A stretch of 64,000 bases of DNA, taken from positions 3,162,001-3,226,000 of the forward strand of contig OX597840.1 of NCBI GenBank assembly GCA_951406725.2, read 5' to 3'. A model generated the notes under the pieces. That model searched no databases, was not told the origin of the DNA, and was given only the letters and a program-made list of their open reading frames with translations. A program made the position numbers and the translations under genes. Shown here piece by piece: positions 30,273-43,566 of the stretch; position 1 is the stretch's first letter; each line of letters opens with the position of its first letter. The stretch comes from Octopus vulgaris. Its lineage: Eukaryota.

Positions 30273-31322
30273 TGTATGTATGTATATTAATTTAGGCCCT
30301 GCAAGCAGCAAAGTGCAAACATCTACGGTAATACAGCGCAGAGGCCGTCAGCATTTGAGCCCGTAGTCATCGTCGTAGTCGTCGTCGTCGTCATCGTTGT
30401 CGTCGTCATCATCATCATCATCATCGTAATAAACAAAATCAGCAGCAGCAGCAGCATTAGCAGCAGCAGCAGCATCAGCAGCAACATCACCATCACCAGC
30501 AGCACCATCACCATGAACCAAGACGGACATTTGTACCTACATTGAGGAGATGGATATGTATACGGCTACTTAGTCGGTGTTCATCCGAAGGTGATTTATA
30601 TATATACACACTCACACACACACTCACACACACACATATATATATACATCACATACACACATACACATACATACATTCATATATATACATATACACACAT
30701 ATATATATATACATATACGCATACATATATTTATATACGTGCACCCGTATATGTTTCTGTTAAACATACCCAAACATATATATATATAAATGCATTCATA
30801 CATATACAACAAATATATACATGCATATACATACCAACATACATATATATGTGTGTGAATGTATATATAAATCTGTATAAATGTTATTATATACACAGGA
30901 AAGAAAGAATTCGCTTAAATATTGGAAGTATTTTTACCATGAAAGAGCTATGAATGAAAAAAATCATTTGTGCAATATATATAACTATATATAGTTATAT
31001 ATATAAAAATTTATACAGATATATATATACATATATATATATATACATATATATATACACGTATATATATATAAATACACGTATTATGTGTGTGTGTATA
31101 AGTGTATACACGCAAGTTTCTCTCATACCAATATTTATTTAAAAGAAAAAATAATTTGAAAGAAACGTGAAAACGAGTGTGAAAAGAAAACAAATTCACT
31201 AAATTTCGGAAATTATATATATATACCCAAAGGAAAATATACATAAAATTTCAAATATATATATAAAATATATATTATCTATCCCTTTGTGTCTATCTAC
31301 CCAAATATCTATATAAATATCC

Positions 31323-31362
<40 letters not shown>

Positions 31363-31369
31363 AAAAAAA

Positions 31370-31400
<31 letters not shown>

Positions 31401-31753
31401 ATATATATGTGAAACATATATGTATAAAATATATATATATATATATACACTTAACATATGAGGAAAAAAGTATTTTTATTGGTTATTTTACTAATAAAAA
31501 AATAATAATAAGGATATAATATTTTTTAAATATTGAAAAAAAAATATATAAAGAAAGGAAGAAAAGAAAAAAAATATTTATTAATATGAATTTTCTGAAA
31601 ATTCTAAAAATAAATCATAATTAATATTATTATCCTTAATAATATCTTCCTCATCACAATCGTTGTTATTGTTGTTGTTGTTATTATTATTATTATTATT
31701 GAAAAATAATAGTAATAATAATAATAATACTATTATTAATAGTTATAACCACT

Positions 31754-31939
31754 ATGGAAATCAAATACAAAATGTCGTCTGCTCTGTTGGAGAAATTATG
31801 CTTCTATTTAATGATCCTTCCCATGTTGCTGGACTTACACACGGCTTTCGGCCAAGGATTCGAAGGTGAAAATGGATTACTTTCAGCTCAATGTCGGGCT
31901 AGGTGTATGGAAGAGTTTGAAGTAGCACAATTTTCACAG
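31754..31939 (+). CDS. First coding exon of a secreted protein, probably anosmin-1/KAL-1-like
   Basis: MEIKYKMSSALLEKLCFYLMILPMLLDLHTAFG|QGFEGENGLLSAQCRARCMEEFEVAQFSQ: hydrophobic signal peptide with A-F-G cleavage site, then AxCxxRC as at the start of the anosmin Cys-rich domain; 62 codons ending at a strong donor CAG|GTAAG (phase 0). The exon is well supported; the family identity is tentative. Confidence 0.7.
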
Positions 31940-32185
31940 GTAAGGCCTTTTACTGTTTCGTCTCTCGCTCTGTCACTCAGCCTCTATCGTTCGTTCTTTC
32001 TCTCTCTCTCTCTCTTTCTATTCATCTATCTACATCTTTCACTTTGTGTGTATTTTTCATACTATTTCTTTCTCTCCCGTTCTGTGTTTGTATCTCTCTC
32101 TATCTCTCTTTATTTCTCTCGTTCTCTCATTCTCTCTCTTTCTATCTTTCAGTCATATTAAGGTTGAATGAACTGTCTTTCATTC

Positions 32186-32245
<60 letters not shown>

Positions 32246-32389
32246 TCTATCTGTCTATCTATCCGTCTGTTTTACTCTAGCTTTCTATAGGTCTGTCAAT
32301 CACAAACTGTATTTTTTGTCTTACGATCCGTATACATATACGAATGCATTTCTCTCTCTATGAACACACACGCACTCACAAACACAACA

Positions 32390-32424
<35 letters not shown>

Positions 32425-32961
32425 ACGCATACACACACACACACACGTAAACACACAAGCGCACACACGCACAAACACACACACATTTCTATATATTATT
32501 TTAATCGGCAGAAGTTACAAAATGATTCCAGAGCCGAGAGTTTCCTTAATAGCAATTATATGTGCGTCTGTGTACGTGTGTATACGAGTGACTCCCTGTC
32601 TGTGTGTCTGTGTGACAAACTAAACATACATGCAATGTATATATTCTATATGTATACACATACATACATTCATACACACACACACATACACTCAGATAGA
32701 TATATATATATATGTATATATGCAAATATATACGTACACAGAAATATACGTATCTTCATACCTCTCTTTCTCTCTCTCTCTTTCTCACTATTTCTCTCTC
32801 TCACTCACTCATACACAAAACACACACACACATCTACACATGCACACATACGCATGTACCCACACATACATAAACATACATTCACGCGCACACATACAAA
32901 CATATACACACACACGCACTTCCTATTTCCCGTGTCCCCATCTTTGTGATTCATTCTTCAA

Positions 32962-33012
<51 letters not shown>

Positions 33013-33051
33013 CATTATTATTATTATTATCATTATTATTATTATTATTAT

Positions 33052-33581
33052 AAAGGCGGTGGGCTGGCAGAATCGTTAGCACGCCGGGCAAAATGCTTAG
33101 CAGCGTTTCGTCCGTGTTTACGTTCTGAGTTCAAATCCCGTCGAGGTCAACTTTGCCTGTCATCCCTTTCGCGTTCGATAAATTAAGTACCAGTTGCACA
33201 CTTGGGTCGATTTACTCGACTTATCCAGTCCTCACAAATTGCTGGCCTTGTACCGATATTTGAAATCATCCTCCTCATCATTATTATTATCATTATTATT
33301 ATTATGATGATTATTATTATTATTATTTACTTTTGACATCATCTCAATTTATGTAAACCTACACACACACACACATACACATACACACACAAATGCAAGC
33401 ACACACCCACACACGCAAACACACGCACACACAAGCACACACACGCAAACACACGCACACACAAGCACACACACACACAAGCACACACACACTAAACGTA
33501 ACCCTTCTGTGTAATGTCCCATAACATCGACACCCATGTGGCGCATAAAGAAACAGCTTTTATTATTACTACTACTACTAC

Positions 33582-33615
<34 letters not shown>

Positions 33616-33622
33616 AATACTA

Positions 33623-33703
<81 letters not shown>

Positions 33704-34594
33704 TTATCATTATTATTATTATTATTAACATTGTTCGGCACTTATGTCCAAGGAACAAAGCATCATTATTATTATTATTATTATTATTAATATTATCATC
33801 GTCATCATCATCATCATCACCATCATCATCACCATCGTCATCATTATCGATAGCACTTATCATAGAGCTGGCAGAATCGTTAGCACGCCGGACATAATGC
33901 TTAGCGGTATTTCAAACGTCTGTAAAAGTCTGCGTTCAAATCCCGCCTGGGTCGACTTTGCATTTCATTCTCTTGATGTCGATAAATCGAGTACCAGTTG
34001 AGCACTGGGGGACAATTTAATTAACTTGCCCCTTGCCCCCAAATTTGAGGCCTTGTGCCTTTCTTCTTTTCATCATTATCATTATCATTAGTATTAGTAT
34101 TATAATTATTATCGAAATGGCAGAATCATTAGCACGCCTGACTAAGGCCTGAGTTCAAATTCCACCGGTACCGTCTTTGCTTTTTATCCTTTCGGGGGTC
34201 GATAAATATGTACCAGGTGAGCAGTAGGGTTGATGTAGTCGTCTTACGGCCACCTCCGAAAACGCTGGGCTTGTGCCAAAATTTAAAACCATAATCATGA
34301 TCATTATTATTATTACTGTTGTTGTTATTGTTGTTGTTGTTGTTGTTCTTCTTCTTCTTCTTTCTCTTGTTCTTGTTCTTGTTACTGCGTCGAGCTATTG
34401 GAATTGTTAAACCATCGGACAAGACGCTCAGCATCATTTTTTCCCTGCTTCTTTACATTCTGGGACCAAATTCCGTAAGGGGTCCACTTCGCCTTTCTTC
34501 ATTTCGGGGACGATACCAGTTGTACACTTAGGTCGATGTTACAACTTCCCACCTCACCCACAGTTCCCGGCCTTGTGTCTATTGTAGAAAGAAA

Positions 34595-34673
<79 letters not shown>

Positions 34674-34896
34674 AGGCGTGCTGGCAGAATCGTTAGCACG
34701 CCGGGTAAAATGCTTAGTAGTAATTCGTCTACAGCTACATTCTGAGTTCAAATACCACCGAGGTCGACTTAGCCTTTCATCCCTCCGAGATCGATAAACT
34801 AAGCACCAGTGAAACACTGGGAAGGGGGGGGGATCAGTGTAATCGAGTAGTACCCTCCTCGAAAATTTCAGATCATGTGTGTATAGTAGAAAGGAA

Positions 34897-34983
<87 letters not shown>

Positions 34984-35359
34984 CATTATTATTATTATTA
35001 TTATTATCATTATTAAGACGGCGAATTGGCAGTTCTGTTACAGCGACGGACATAATCGTCGTGAGTTCAAATGCCGTTGAGGTTTACTTTCACTTTCATC
35101 ATTTCGAGGTCGATAAAATAAGTCCCAATCGATCAGTGGTGTCATCGATATCAAGTAACAATCTACCCCTAAAATTACCGGCCTTGTGCTAAAGTTCGAA
35201 ACCCTTACCTTCGTTCTCCTCCCCATCATGTATCTTATAAATGATCATTACTATGGGTTTTTTTGTTGTTTACATATTTCCCTGTAACCTCCCAAAAAAA
35301 ACTGTCCTTGGTCTGTATATTGTCCTAAATGTTTTCACGGTCCTTGTGGACAATAACAA

Positions 35360-35392
<33 letters not shown>

Positions 35393-35729
35393 CATTGTGA
35401 AGGCGCATGGCTCAGTGGTTAGAGCGTCGAGCTTACGATCGTGAGGTTGTGAGCTCGAATCCTGGACAGGGCTGAGTGCTGTGTTCTTGAGCAAGACACT
35501 TTATTTCATGTTGCTCCAATTCACTCAGCTGTAGAAATGAGTTGTTACATCACAAGTGCCAAACTGTATCAGCCCCTTTGCTTTTCCCTTTGATAACATC
35601 AGAGGTGTGGAGAAGGGAGGCTGGTATGCTGGCCTTCCACAAGCAATCTTGCCCTGACTTATACCTCGGAGTGTAACTTTCTAGGTGCAATCTCATGGTC
35701 AGTCATGACCGAAGGGGGTCTCCTACTCA

Positions 35730-35790
<61 letters not shown>

Positions 35791-36016
35791 GTCATCATCA
35801 TAAAGGCGGCGAGCTGGCAGAGTCGTTAACACGCCGGCCAAAATGCTTAACGAGATTTCGTCCGGTCTCTACGTTCAGAGTTCAAATTCCACCGAGGTAG
35901 ACTTTGCCTTTTAACCTTTCGCGGTCTATAAGATAAGTACCAGTTGAATACTGAGGTCAATGTAACCGACACATCTCCTCCGCCCAAACTGCTGCTCTTG
36001 TGACAAAATTTGAAAC

Positions 36017-36076
<60 letters not shown>

Positions 36077-36290
36077 GGCGCTGTGTTGGCAGAATCGTTA
36101 GCACGCTGGACGGAATGCTCAGCGGTATTTCGCCCGTCGCTACGTTTTGAGTTCAAATTCCGCCCGCCGAGGTTGAGAATGCTTTTCGTCCTTTCGGGGG
36201 TCGATAAATTAAGAATCAGTTACACATTAGGGTCGATGAAAAAAAAATATCGACTCACCCCCTTCTGTCGAAACAGCAGGTAAATCTCTT
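33052..36290 (+). mobile_element. Cluster of ~8 same-orientation SINE-B copies separated by (ATT)n tracts
   Basis: Head AAGGCGGCGAGCTGGCAGAATCGTTAGCACGCCGG, B box GAGTTCAAATTCC, core GCCTTTCATCCTTTCGGGGTCGATAAATTAAGTACCAG (resembles Deu/Nin-type SINE cores); copies near 33052, 33863, 34113, 34385, 34672, 35013, 35800, 36074. Confidence 0.85.
35399..35725 (+). mobile_element. SINE-C
   Basis: GAAGGCGCATGGCTCAGTGGTTAGAGCG..GAGCTCGAATCC; homologous to 3541-3883. Confidence 0.85.
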
Positions 36291-36569
36291 CGAGAATCTC
36301 ATGTAGACGCAGCCACATTAAACATGTATGCATCTATATATACAACTATATATATACGTGTGTGTATGTATGTATATATGAATGTATGTATATATGAATG
36401 TATGTATATATGAATGTATGCATGTATTTATGTATGTATTAGTGGTGGTTGTTGTTGCTGTTGTTGTTGTTGTTGTTGTTGTTAAGCAACAAGACGGGTA
36501 AAGGGTGATTAGGTGTTGGTCTAGGGCTTAGGGGCGGGAGACCCCAGACCTTGGAACAAAAACTGTTGT

Positions 36570-37000
36570 TGGTGGTGATGGAGATGGTAATGGTGATGAA
36601 GGCGGCGGCGGTAGTGGTGGTGGTGGTGGTGGTGGTATGGTGATGGTATGGTGATGGTATGGTGAAGATATGGTGATGGTGATGGTATGATGATGGTATG
36701 GAGATGGTGATGGTATGGTGATGGAATCGTGATATGGTGGTGGTATGGTGGTGGTGGTGGTGGTATGGTGATGGTATGGTGATGGTATGGTGATGGTATG
36801 GTGATGGTATAGTAATGGTATGGTGGTGGTATGGTGATGGTATGATGGTGGTGGTATGGTAATGGTGGTGGTATGGTGATGTTGGTGGTATGGTGATGTA
36901 TGGTGATGGTGGTGGTATGGTGAGGGTATGGTGATGATATGATGATCGTATGTTGGTGATGGTATGGTAATGGTATGGTAATGGTGGTGGTGGTATTTCA
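36570..37000. repeat. (GGT/GAT/GGTAT)-rich compound repeat
   Basis: ATGGTGATGGT units directly visible. Confidence 0.85.
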
Positions 37001-37472
37001 TTATTGTTATTATTGTCGATGTTACAATACGCCATTCTCTTGCTTTGTCCCAAGTGTGTGATATGTTTGTTATTTCCCTTCTTGTCATTGTTGTTGTTAT
37101 TACTGTATTGCTGGTGTTGTTCTTCGAATTTCATTATGTAACAACATTGTCGAATTATATTCACGTTATGTAATACCATGCCCTGATATATCATAGTATG
37201 GCACAACATATTACTTTACGATGTTATTATACCATGTCATGTTATGATATATCGTGATATCGTTTTGATATGTTACAGGATATTGATTTTGTCATGGTAT
37301 ATTACTGTATAATACTGTATAATAACGTTATACTTCTTTATATTATGGTATGTTATGATTTCGTTATCGTATGCTATGATATTGCTATATTATGGTATGT
37401 TATTGTACGTATCGATATTGCATAGTTATATCATTTTATGGTATATTATTTTTAGTCTTATTAAAGCAGCGG

Positions 37473-38140
37473 AAGGTGGCGCTGGCAGAATCGTTAGCAC
37501 GCTGGGCAAAAATGCTTAGCGGTATTTCACCTGTCGTTACGTTCTGAGTTCAAATTCCGCCGAGGTAGACTTTGCCTTTCATCCTTTCGGGGTCGATAAA
37601 TTAAGTACCAGTTACGCACTGGGGTCGATGTAATCGACTTAATAACTATGTCGGTCCTTGTTTGTCTCCTTTGTGTTTAGCCCCTTGTGGGCAATAAAGA
37701 AATAGGTATTTCGTCTGCCGTTACATTCTGAGTTCAAATTCCGCCGAGGTCGACTTTGCCTTTCGTCCTTTCGGGGTCGATTAAATAAGTACCGGTTATG
37801 CACTAGGGTCGATATAATCGACTTAATCCGTTTGTCTGTCCTTGTTTGTCCTCTCTATGTTTAGCCCCTTGTGGGCAATAAAGAAATAGGTATTTCGTCT
37901 GCCGTTACGTTCTGAGTTCAAATTCCGCCGAGGTCGACTTTGCCTTTCATCCTTTCGGGGTCGATTAAAAAAAAAACCATTACGCACTGGGGTCGATATA
38001 ATAGACTTAATACCTATGTCGGTCCTTGTTTGTCCTCACTGTGTTTAGCCCATTGTGGGTAGTAAAGAAATAGGTATATCGTATCTTTTTATGTTCTGAG
38101 TTCAAATTCCGCCGAAGTCGACTTTGCCTTTCGTCCTTTC
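37473..38140 (+). mobile_element. SINE-B head + three tailed 184-bp units + untailed SINE-B remainder
   Basis: GGTATT-type junctions at 37521, 37705, 37889 and 38073 (184-bp period). Confidence 0.9.
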
Positions 38141-38410
38141 CCAAAATATCCGGTTTTTTGCTTATAAAACAAAGGATTAATATGGCAACGAAGTGTGGTA
38201 AAACTTGGCGAGCTGGACGTTATTCGTAGCGACATTTCTTCCTTCTGTGTGTTCTGAGTTCAAACTGTACCGAGCTTGACTTTATCTTTCATCTTTTCGA
38301 AATCGATAAAGCACACACCAGTCAATCACCAGAGTAGAAGCAATCAATTTGCTCCATCCACCAAAATTTCAGGTCAGGTACCTTTAGAAGATATGAATTA
38401 TTAAAGCATT

Positions 38411-39340
38411 AAGGCGGCGGGATAGCAGAATCGTTAGCATGCCGTAAAAAATGCATAGCGGTATTTCGTCTGCAGTTACGTTCTGAGTTCAAATTCCGCC
38501 GACGTCGTCCTTGCCTTTCATCGTTTCGGGGTCGATTAAATAAGTACCAGTTACGCACTGGGGTCGATATAATCGACTTGATCCGTTTGTCTGTCATTGT
38601 TTGTTCTCTCTGTGTTTAGTCCATTGTGGGTAATAAAGAAATAGGTATTTCGTCTGCCGTTATGTTCTGAGTTCAAATTCCGCCGAGGTCGACTTTGCCT
38701 TTCATTCTTACGGGATCGATTAAATAAGTACCAGTTATGCACTGTGGTCGATATAATCGACTTAATCCGTTTGTCTGTCCTTGTTTGTCTTCTCTGTGTT
38801 TAGCCCCTTGTGGGTAGTAAAGAAATAGGTATTTCGTCTGCCGCAACGTTCTGAGTTCAAATTCTGCCGAGGTCAACTTTGCCTTTCATCCTTTCGGCGT
38901 CGATAAATTAAGTACCTGTTGCGTACTGGTGTAGATATAATAAGGCGGCGAGCTGGGAGGAACCTTAGCACGCCAGGCGAAATGCTTAGCGGTATTCCGT
39001 CTGCTGTTACGTTCTGAGTTCAAATTTCACTGAGATCGACTTTGCCTTTCATCCTTTCGGGGGTCGATTAAATAAGTACCAGTTACGCACTGGGGTCGAT
39101 ATAATCGACTTGATCCGTTTGTCTGTCATTGTTTGTTCTCTCTGTGTTTAGCCCCTTGTGGATAGTAAAGAAATAGAAGAAGGTATTTAGTCCGTCTTTA
39201 TGTTCTGACTTTAAATTCCGATGACGTCGACTTTGCCTTTCGTCATGTAACGAACGATAAAAAAAGTACCAGTTTAGCACTGGAGTCGATATAATCGACC
39301 TACACCTTCGCCCCTTTTGTGTTTATTGTAGAAAGGATTA
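38411..39340 (+). mobile_element. Two adjacent SINE-B copies carrying two and one tailed 184-bp units
   Basis: Heads at ~38411 and ~38942; junctions at 38460, 38644, 38828 and 38991, 39182; last segment is a diverged SINE-B with the ordinary ..TTGTAGAAAGGATTATT tail. Confidence 0.9.
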
Positions 39341-39816
39341 TTGCTTCAAATGCCGCCGAGGTCGACTTTGCCCTTCATCCTTTCAGAGTCCCTAAAATAA
39401 CGTAACAATCATGTATAGGAGATCGATATCATTGACTTATACTCTGCCTTCAAAACTGCTGGCTTTGTGCTAAAATTAAAAAGTCACGTTATGGTTAGTT
39501 ATGGTATGTTATGGTACGTTAAAATTTTGTTACGGTATCAGATACGATTCTATATTCTATATTATGCTATACTGTGATATTCTTTACTCTGTGTTAAAGC
39601 GGCGAGCAGGTAGAATCGTTACCACACCGATTAAAATGCTTAACAGCATTTCGTCCGTCTTTTCATTCTAACTTCAAATTGCCTTTCATCATTTTAGGGT
39701 TGATACAATAAGTACCAATTGAGCTCTGGGGTTGATGTAATCGAATTACACCCCGACCCACTTCCGAACTAGCTGACCTTTTGCCAAGATTTGAAACCAT
39801 TATTATTATTATTATA

Positions 39817-39884
<68 letters not shown>

Positions 39885-39885
39885 A

Positions 39886-40285
39886 GGCGTAGGTGAGGCT
39901 GTGTGGTGAGTAGTTTGCTTACAAACCACATGGTTCCGGGTTCAGTTCCACTGCGTGGCACCTTGGGCAAGTGTCTTCTACTATAGTCCCGGGCCGACCA
40001 AAGCCTTGTGAGTGGATTTGGTAGATGGAAACTGAAAGAAGCCCATCATATATATATATATATATATGTGTATATGTTTGTGTGTCTGTGTTTGTCCCCC
40101 CAACATCGCTCGACAACCGATGCTGGTGCGTTTACGTCCCCGTAACCTAGCGGTCGGCAAAAGAGACCGATAAAATAAGTACTAGTCTTACAAAGTATAA
40201 GTCCTGTTGTCGATTTGCTCGACTAAAGGCGATGCTCCAGCATGGCCAGTCAAATGACTGAAACAAGAAAAACAGCCAAAGAGAG
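39886..40285 (+). mobile_element. SINE-A, full length
   Basis: Matches 2625-3075; inserted in (ATT)n. Confidence 0.9.
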
Positions 40286-40781
40286 TATTATTATTATTAT
40301 TATTACAATTATTAAGTCGGCGCGCTTGCAGAACCGTTAGCAAGCCGGGTAACATGTTTTAGCGGCGTTTCGTCCCTTTTCACGTTCTGAATTCAAATTT
40401 CCGCCGCGGATTCACTTTGCATTTCATTGTTTCCCGTTTGATAATATAAGTACCAGTTGAATACTAGGGTCGATATAATCGCCTTACCCTGCCCCACCAA
40501 ACTGCTGGGCTGGGCTGGGCTGGGCTGGTACCAAAATGTGAAAGCAATAGTTTATTGTATATTCCGTTAAGATAGGTTGTAAGCTATAATAGCTGATAGG
40601 ATACGATATACTAAGTTTATTTTATGGTTTGCTGTGGTTTGTTATGCTAAAGGAATGCATATTATGAGAAATGTGTTATACTACATTGTATGAAGTTTAC
40701 ACCATGTTAGTTTATGATATGCCATAGTGTGATATTATACGCTTAAATGTGTTTATACATTATGTCACGTTGTGGTATTTA

Positions 40782-41016
40782 TAGAAGGTGTTCATAAATT
40801 ATCTTTACAACTTCCACGATTTACTGTATCTATTAAAGTTGAGATCGTCTAGAGGCGTTGCATGCAACCAACGGTGACTATGTGGAAGTATTCCGATGAT
40901 TCTTACAAAACTTTATTTCTTTGCCTACGTTTTCCAATAAACTTTGCTGAGCTATCCTTATTTTTCATTTTCTTCTGAATTTTTCAAATTGTAAAGGTAA
41001 TTTATGGACGGACTTA
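40782..41016. mobile_element. Old Tc1/mariner-type MITE
   Basis: Imperfect TIRs GTTCATAAATTATCTTTACAA / TTGTAAAGGTAATTTATGGAC. Confidence 0.55.
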
Positions 41017-41299
41017 TTTTCCCATGCCATCGACTGTTATGTAGTGCTATTATCGTACGCTATGGTATGTTACGCTATGTTATTGTAACGGCTGTTGTTA
41101 TTGTATATATGTAGATGAGTATGTATATTTTCTGCGTACGAGTTAGTTCTTGTGTGTGTATGTGGGTGCTTCTATGTGCATCCGTGTGTATGCATATTGT
41201 TCGATTTGTGAGGCCATTGAAATAGGTAAAATCTTTCCTGCTCATCTGGACGTACACACTATATCTTATGTTAGGTTACGCTACATTTTCTCACACACA

Positions 41300-41367
<68 letters not shown>

Positions 41368-41489
41368 CACACATAATGTAAGGACAATGGAGATTTTGAA
41401 CACAGAAACATCAATTTATTATTATAATAGTCAATATATATATATATACATATACACATATGTGTGTGTGCGTGTGTGTGTGTGTGTGT

Positions 41490-41775
41490 GGAGGCGCAAT
41501 GGCCCAGTGGTTTGGGCAGCGGACTCGCGGTCGTAGGATCGCGGTTTCGATTACCAGACCGGGCGTTCTGGGTGTTTATTGAACGAAAACACCTAAAAGC
41601 TCCACGAGACTCTGGTAGGGGGGGCGGCATCCCTGCTGTACTCTTTCGCTACAACTTTCTCTCACTCTTTCTTCAGCGGAGTGCTGTCTTTTGAAGGCTA
41701 AAACAATGCGAAGCGCATTGTGACCAGCGATGTGTGGCAACATCTGATAGCCTGGTCGGTCACGAGATAACGTGA
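41490..41775 (+). mobile_element. SINE-D (tRNA-Arg-like head)
   Basis: GGAGGCGCAATGGCCCAGTGG..GGACTCGCGGTCG..GGTTTCGATTACC; homologous to 42330-42640. Confidence 0.85.
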
Positions 41776-41796
41776 ATATACATACATACATACATA

Positions 41797-42078
41797 CATC
41801 CAAGGTGGACCAAAAGTCACAAACAAAATAAATTCAATATCTTCTTGGATAAAATAAAGTAAATGTTGAATATAAACGTTCTTGTACATGATGAACAGAA
41901 TGAATGAATGGATGATAATAATAATAATAATAATCCTTCTTACTATAGGCTCAGGGCTATGATTTTCGTGGGGAGGGAGACAGTGGAGCACATCGACTCC
42001 AGTAGTCAACTGGTACATAGTGGAATATAAATAAAATGTCAAATGTTTTGGTATGTGACTTTTGGCCAACCATATGTA
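41797..42078. mobile_element. Tc1/mariner-type MITE interrupted by a SINE-B fragment
   Basis: TIRs GGTGGACCAAAAGTCAC / GTGACTTTTGGCCAACC; minus-strand SINE-B tail at ~41925-42015. Confidence 0.55.
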
Positions 42079-42329
42079 TGCGTATGTGTGTGAGTGTCTG
42101 CGCGCGCGTTCGTTTTTTATGTGTGTGTAATTTTCTAAATATATGTATATATGTATATATTATGTTATACATTTCTGTATAGTATGTGCTGGCATACTGC
42201 ATACCAATCGTGACCAAAGTGCGGCCCGTATGAGCCATGTCTCATGCGACCCGCTACGCGAGAAGCGTTGTGCATGCTTGTTGTATAATATAGCATTTCT
42301 AAACCATATCTTGTTACACAACGGTATAT

Positions 42330-42637
42330 GGAGGCGCAATGGCCCAGTGGTTAGGGCAGCGGACTCGCGTTCGTAGGATCGCAGTTTCGATTCCTAGACC
42401 GGGAGTTGTGATTGTTTATTGAGCCAAAACACCCAAAGCTCCACGAGGCTCCGGCAGGGAGTGGTGGCGATCCCTGCTGTACTCTTTCGCCACAACTTTC
42501 TCTCACTCTTTCTTCTGTTGACTTGCTCGCTTAGCCAGCGGGGTGGCGTCATTTGAAAGGCTAAAACAATGCGAAGCGCATTGTGACCAGCGATGTGTAG
42601 CAACATCTGATGGCTGGTCGGTCACTGTGTGATCACT

Positions 42638-42640
<3 letters not shown>
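42330..42640 (+). mobile_element. SINE-D
   Basis: Same head and tail (GCTAAAACAATGCGAAGCGCATTGTGACCAGCG) as 41490-41775. Confidence 0.85.
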
Positions 42641-42676
<36 letters not shown>

Positions 42677-42694
42677 TGTTGAGAAAGAGAGAGA

Positions 42695-43115
42695 GAGGTG
42701 ACTGTGTGATGAAATATTTGCTTTCGGACCACATGGTCCTCGGTTCAGTTCCCCTGCGTTGCACGTTGAGCGAGTGCCTTCAACTATATCTTCGAACGGA
42801 CCAAGGCCTTGTGCGTGGCTTTGCCTGAAGGAAACTGAAAGAAGCCCATCGTGCATAAATATATATTTAAATGTGTGTATGTATGTGTGTGCGTGTGTGT
42901 GTGTGTGTTTATATAGGTGTGTGTCTTTGTTTCTGTGTTTGAACACAACCAACCGGGGTTGTTTTGTTTACGTCTCCGTAAGCACGGGAAAATGGTGTAC
43001 GATAGCATTAGTAACAGGCTTGCAAAAAAACAAGAACTGGGGTCAGTTTCTTCGACTAAAAGCTCGCATGTTTTGCCCCAGCATGGCCACAGTCCACTGA
43101 CAGAGAAAAATAGAT
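42695..43115 (+). mobile_element. Diverged SINE-A
   Basis: GGTTCAGTTCC, GGAAACTGAAAGAAGCCCATCG and CAGCATGGCCACAG motifs. Confidence 0.7.
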
Positions 43116-43390
43116 GAAAGATATACATATATGTATGTGTGTGCGTGTAATTAATAATTCATGATTAGTTACAATGTGGCATATTGTGTTGTGTGTGTGT
43201 GTGTGTGTGTGTGGACACCGAAATACGCGAGAAAATCTCTTTGTGATTCTCTTGTAGATGCACACACATTACACATGAATATGTTCATGTATGTAACCAT
43301 ATGTGTGTCTATCTATGTATATATGTATGTATATGTATTTATATTTCCTTTTCAACCATCTTCCTGTATGTATATATATATGTGTGTATG

Positions 43391-43460
<70 letters not shown>

Positions 43461-43533
43461 GTTATGTATATATATATATATATACATATTTATTTATTTA
43501 GACAGACAGACAGACAGATAGGCAGACAGATAG

Positions 43534-43566
<33 letters not shown>

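Noticed and set aside
31940-32161. ORF extension beyond the anosmin-like exon
   Set aside because: Read-through past a strong GTAAG donor into CT-repeat intron sequence.
42330-42400. Possible tRNA-Arg gene (also other tRNA-like heads)
   Set aside because: No complete cloverleaf; continues into a SINE body found in several copies.
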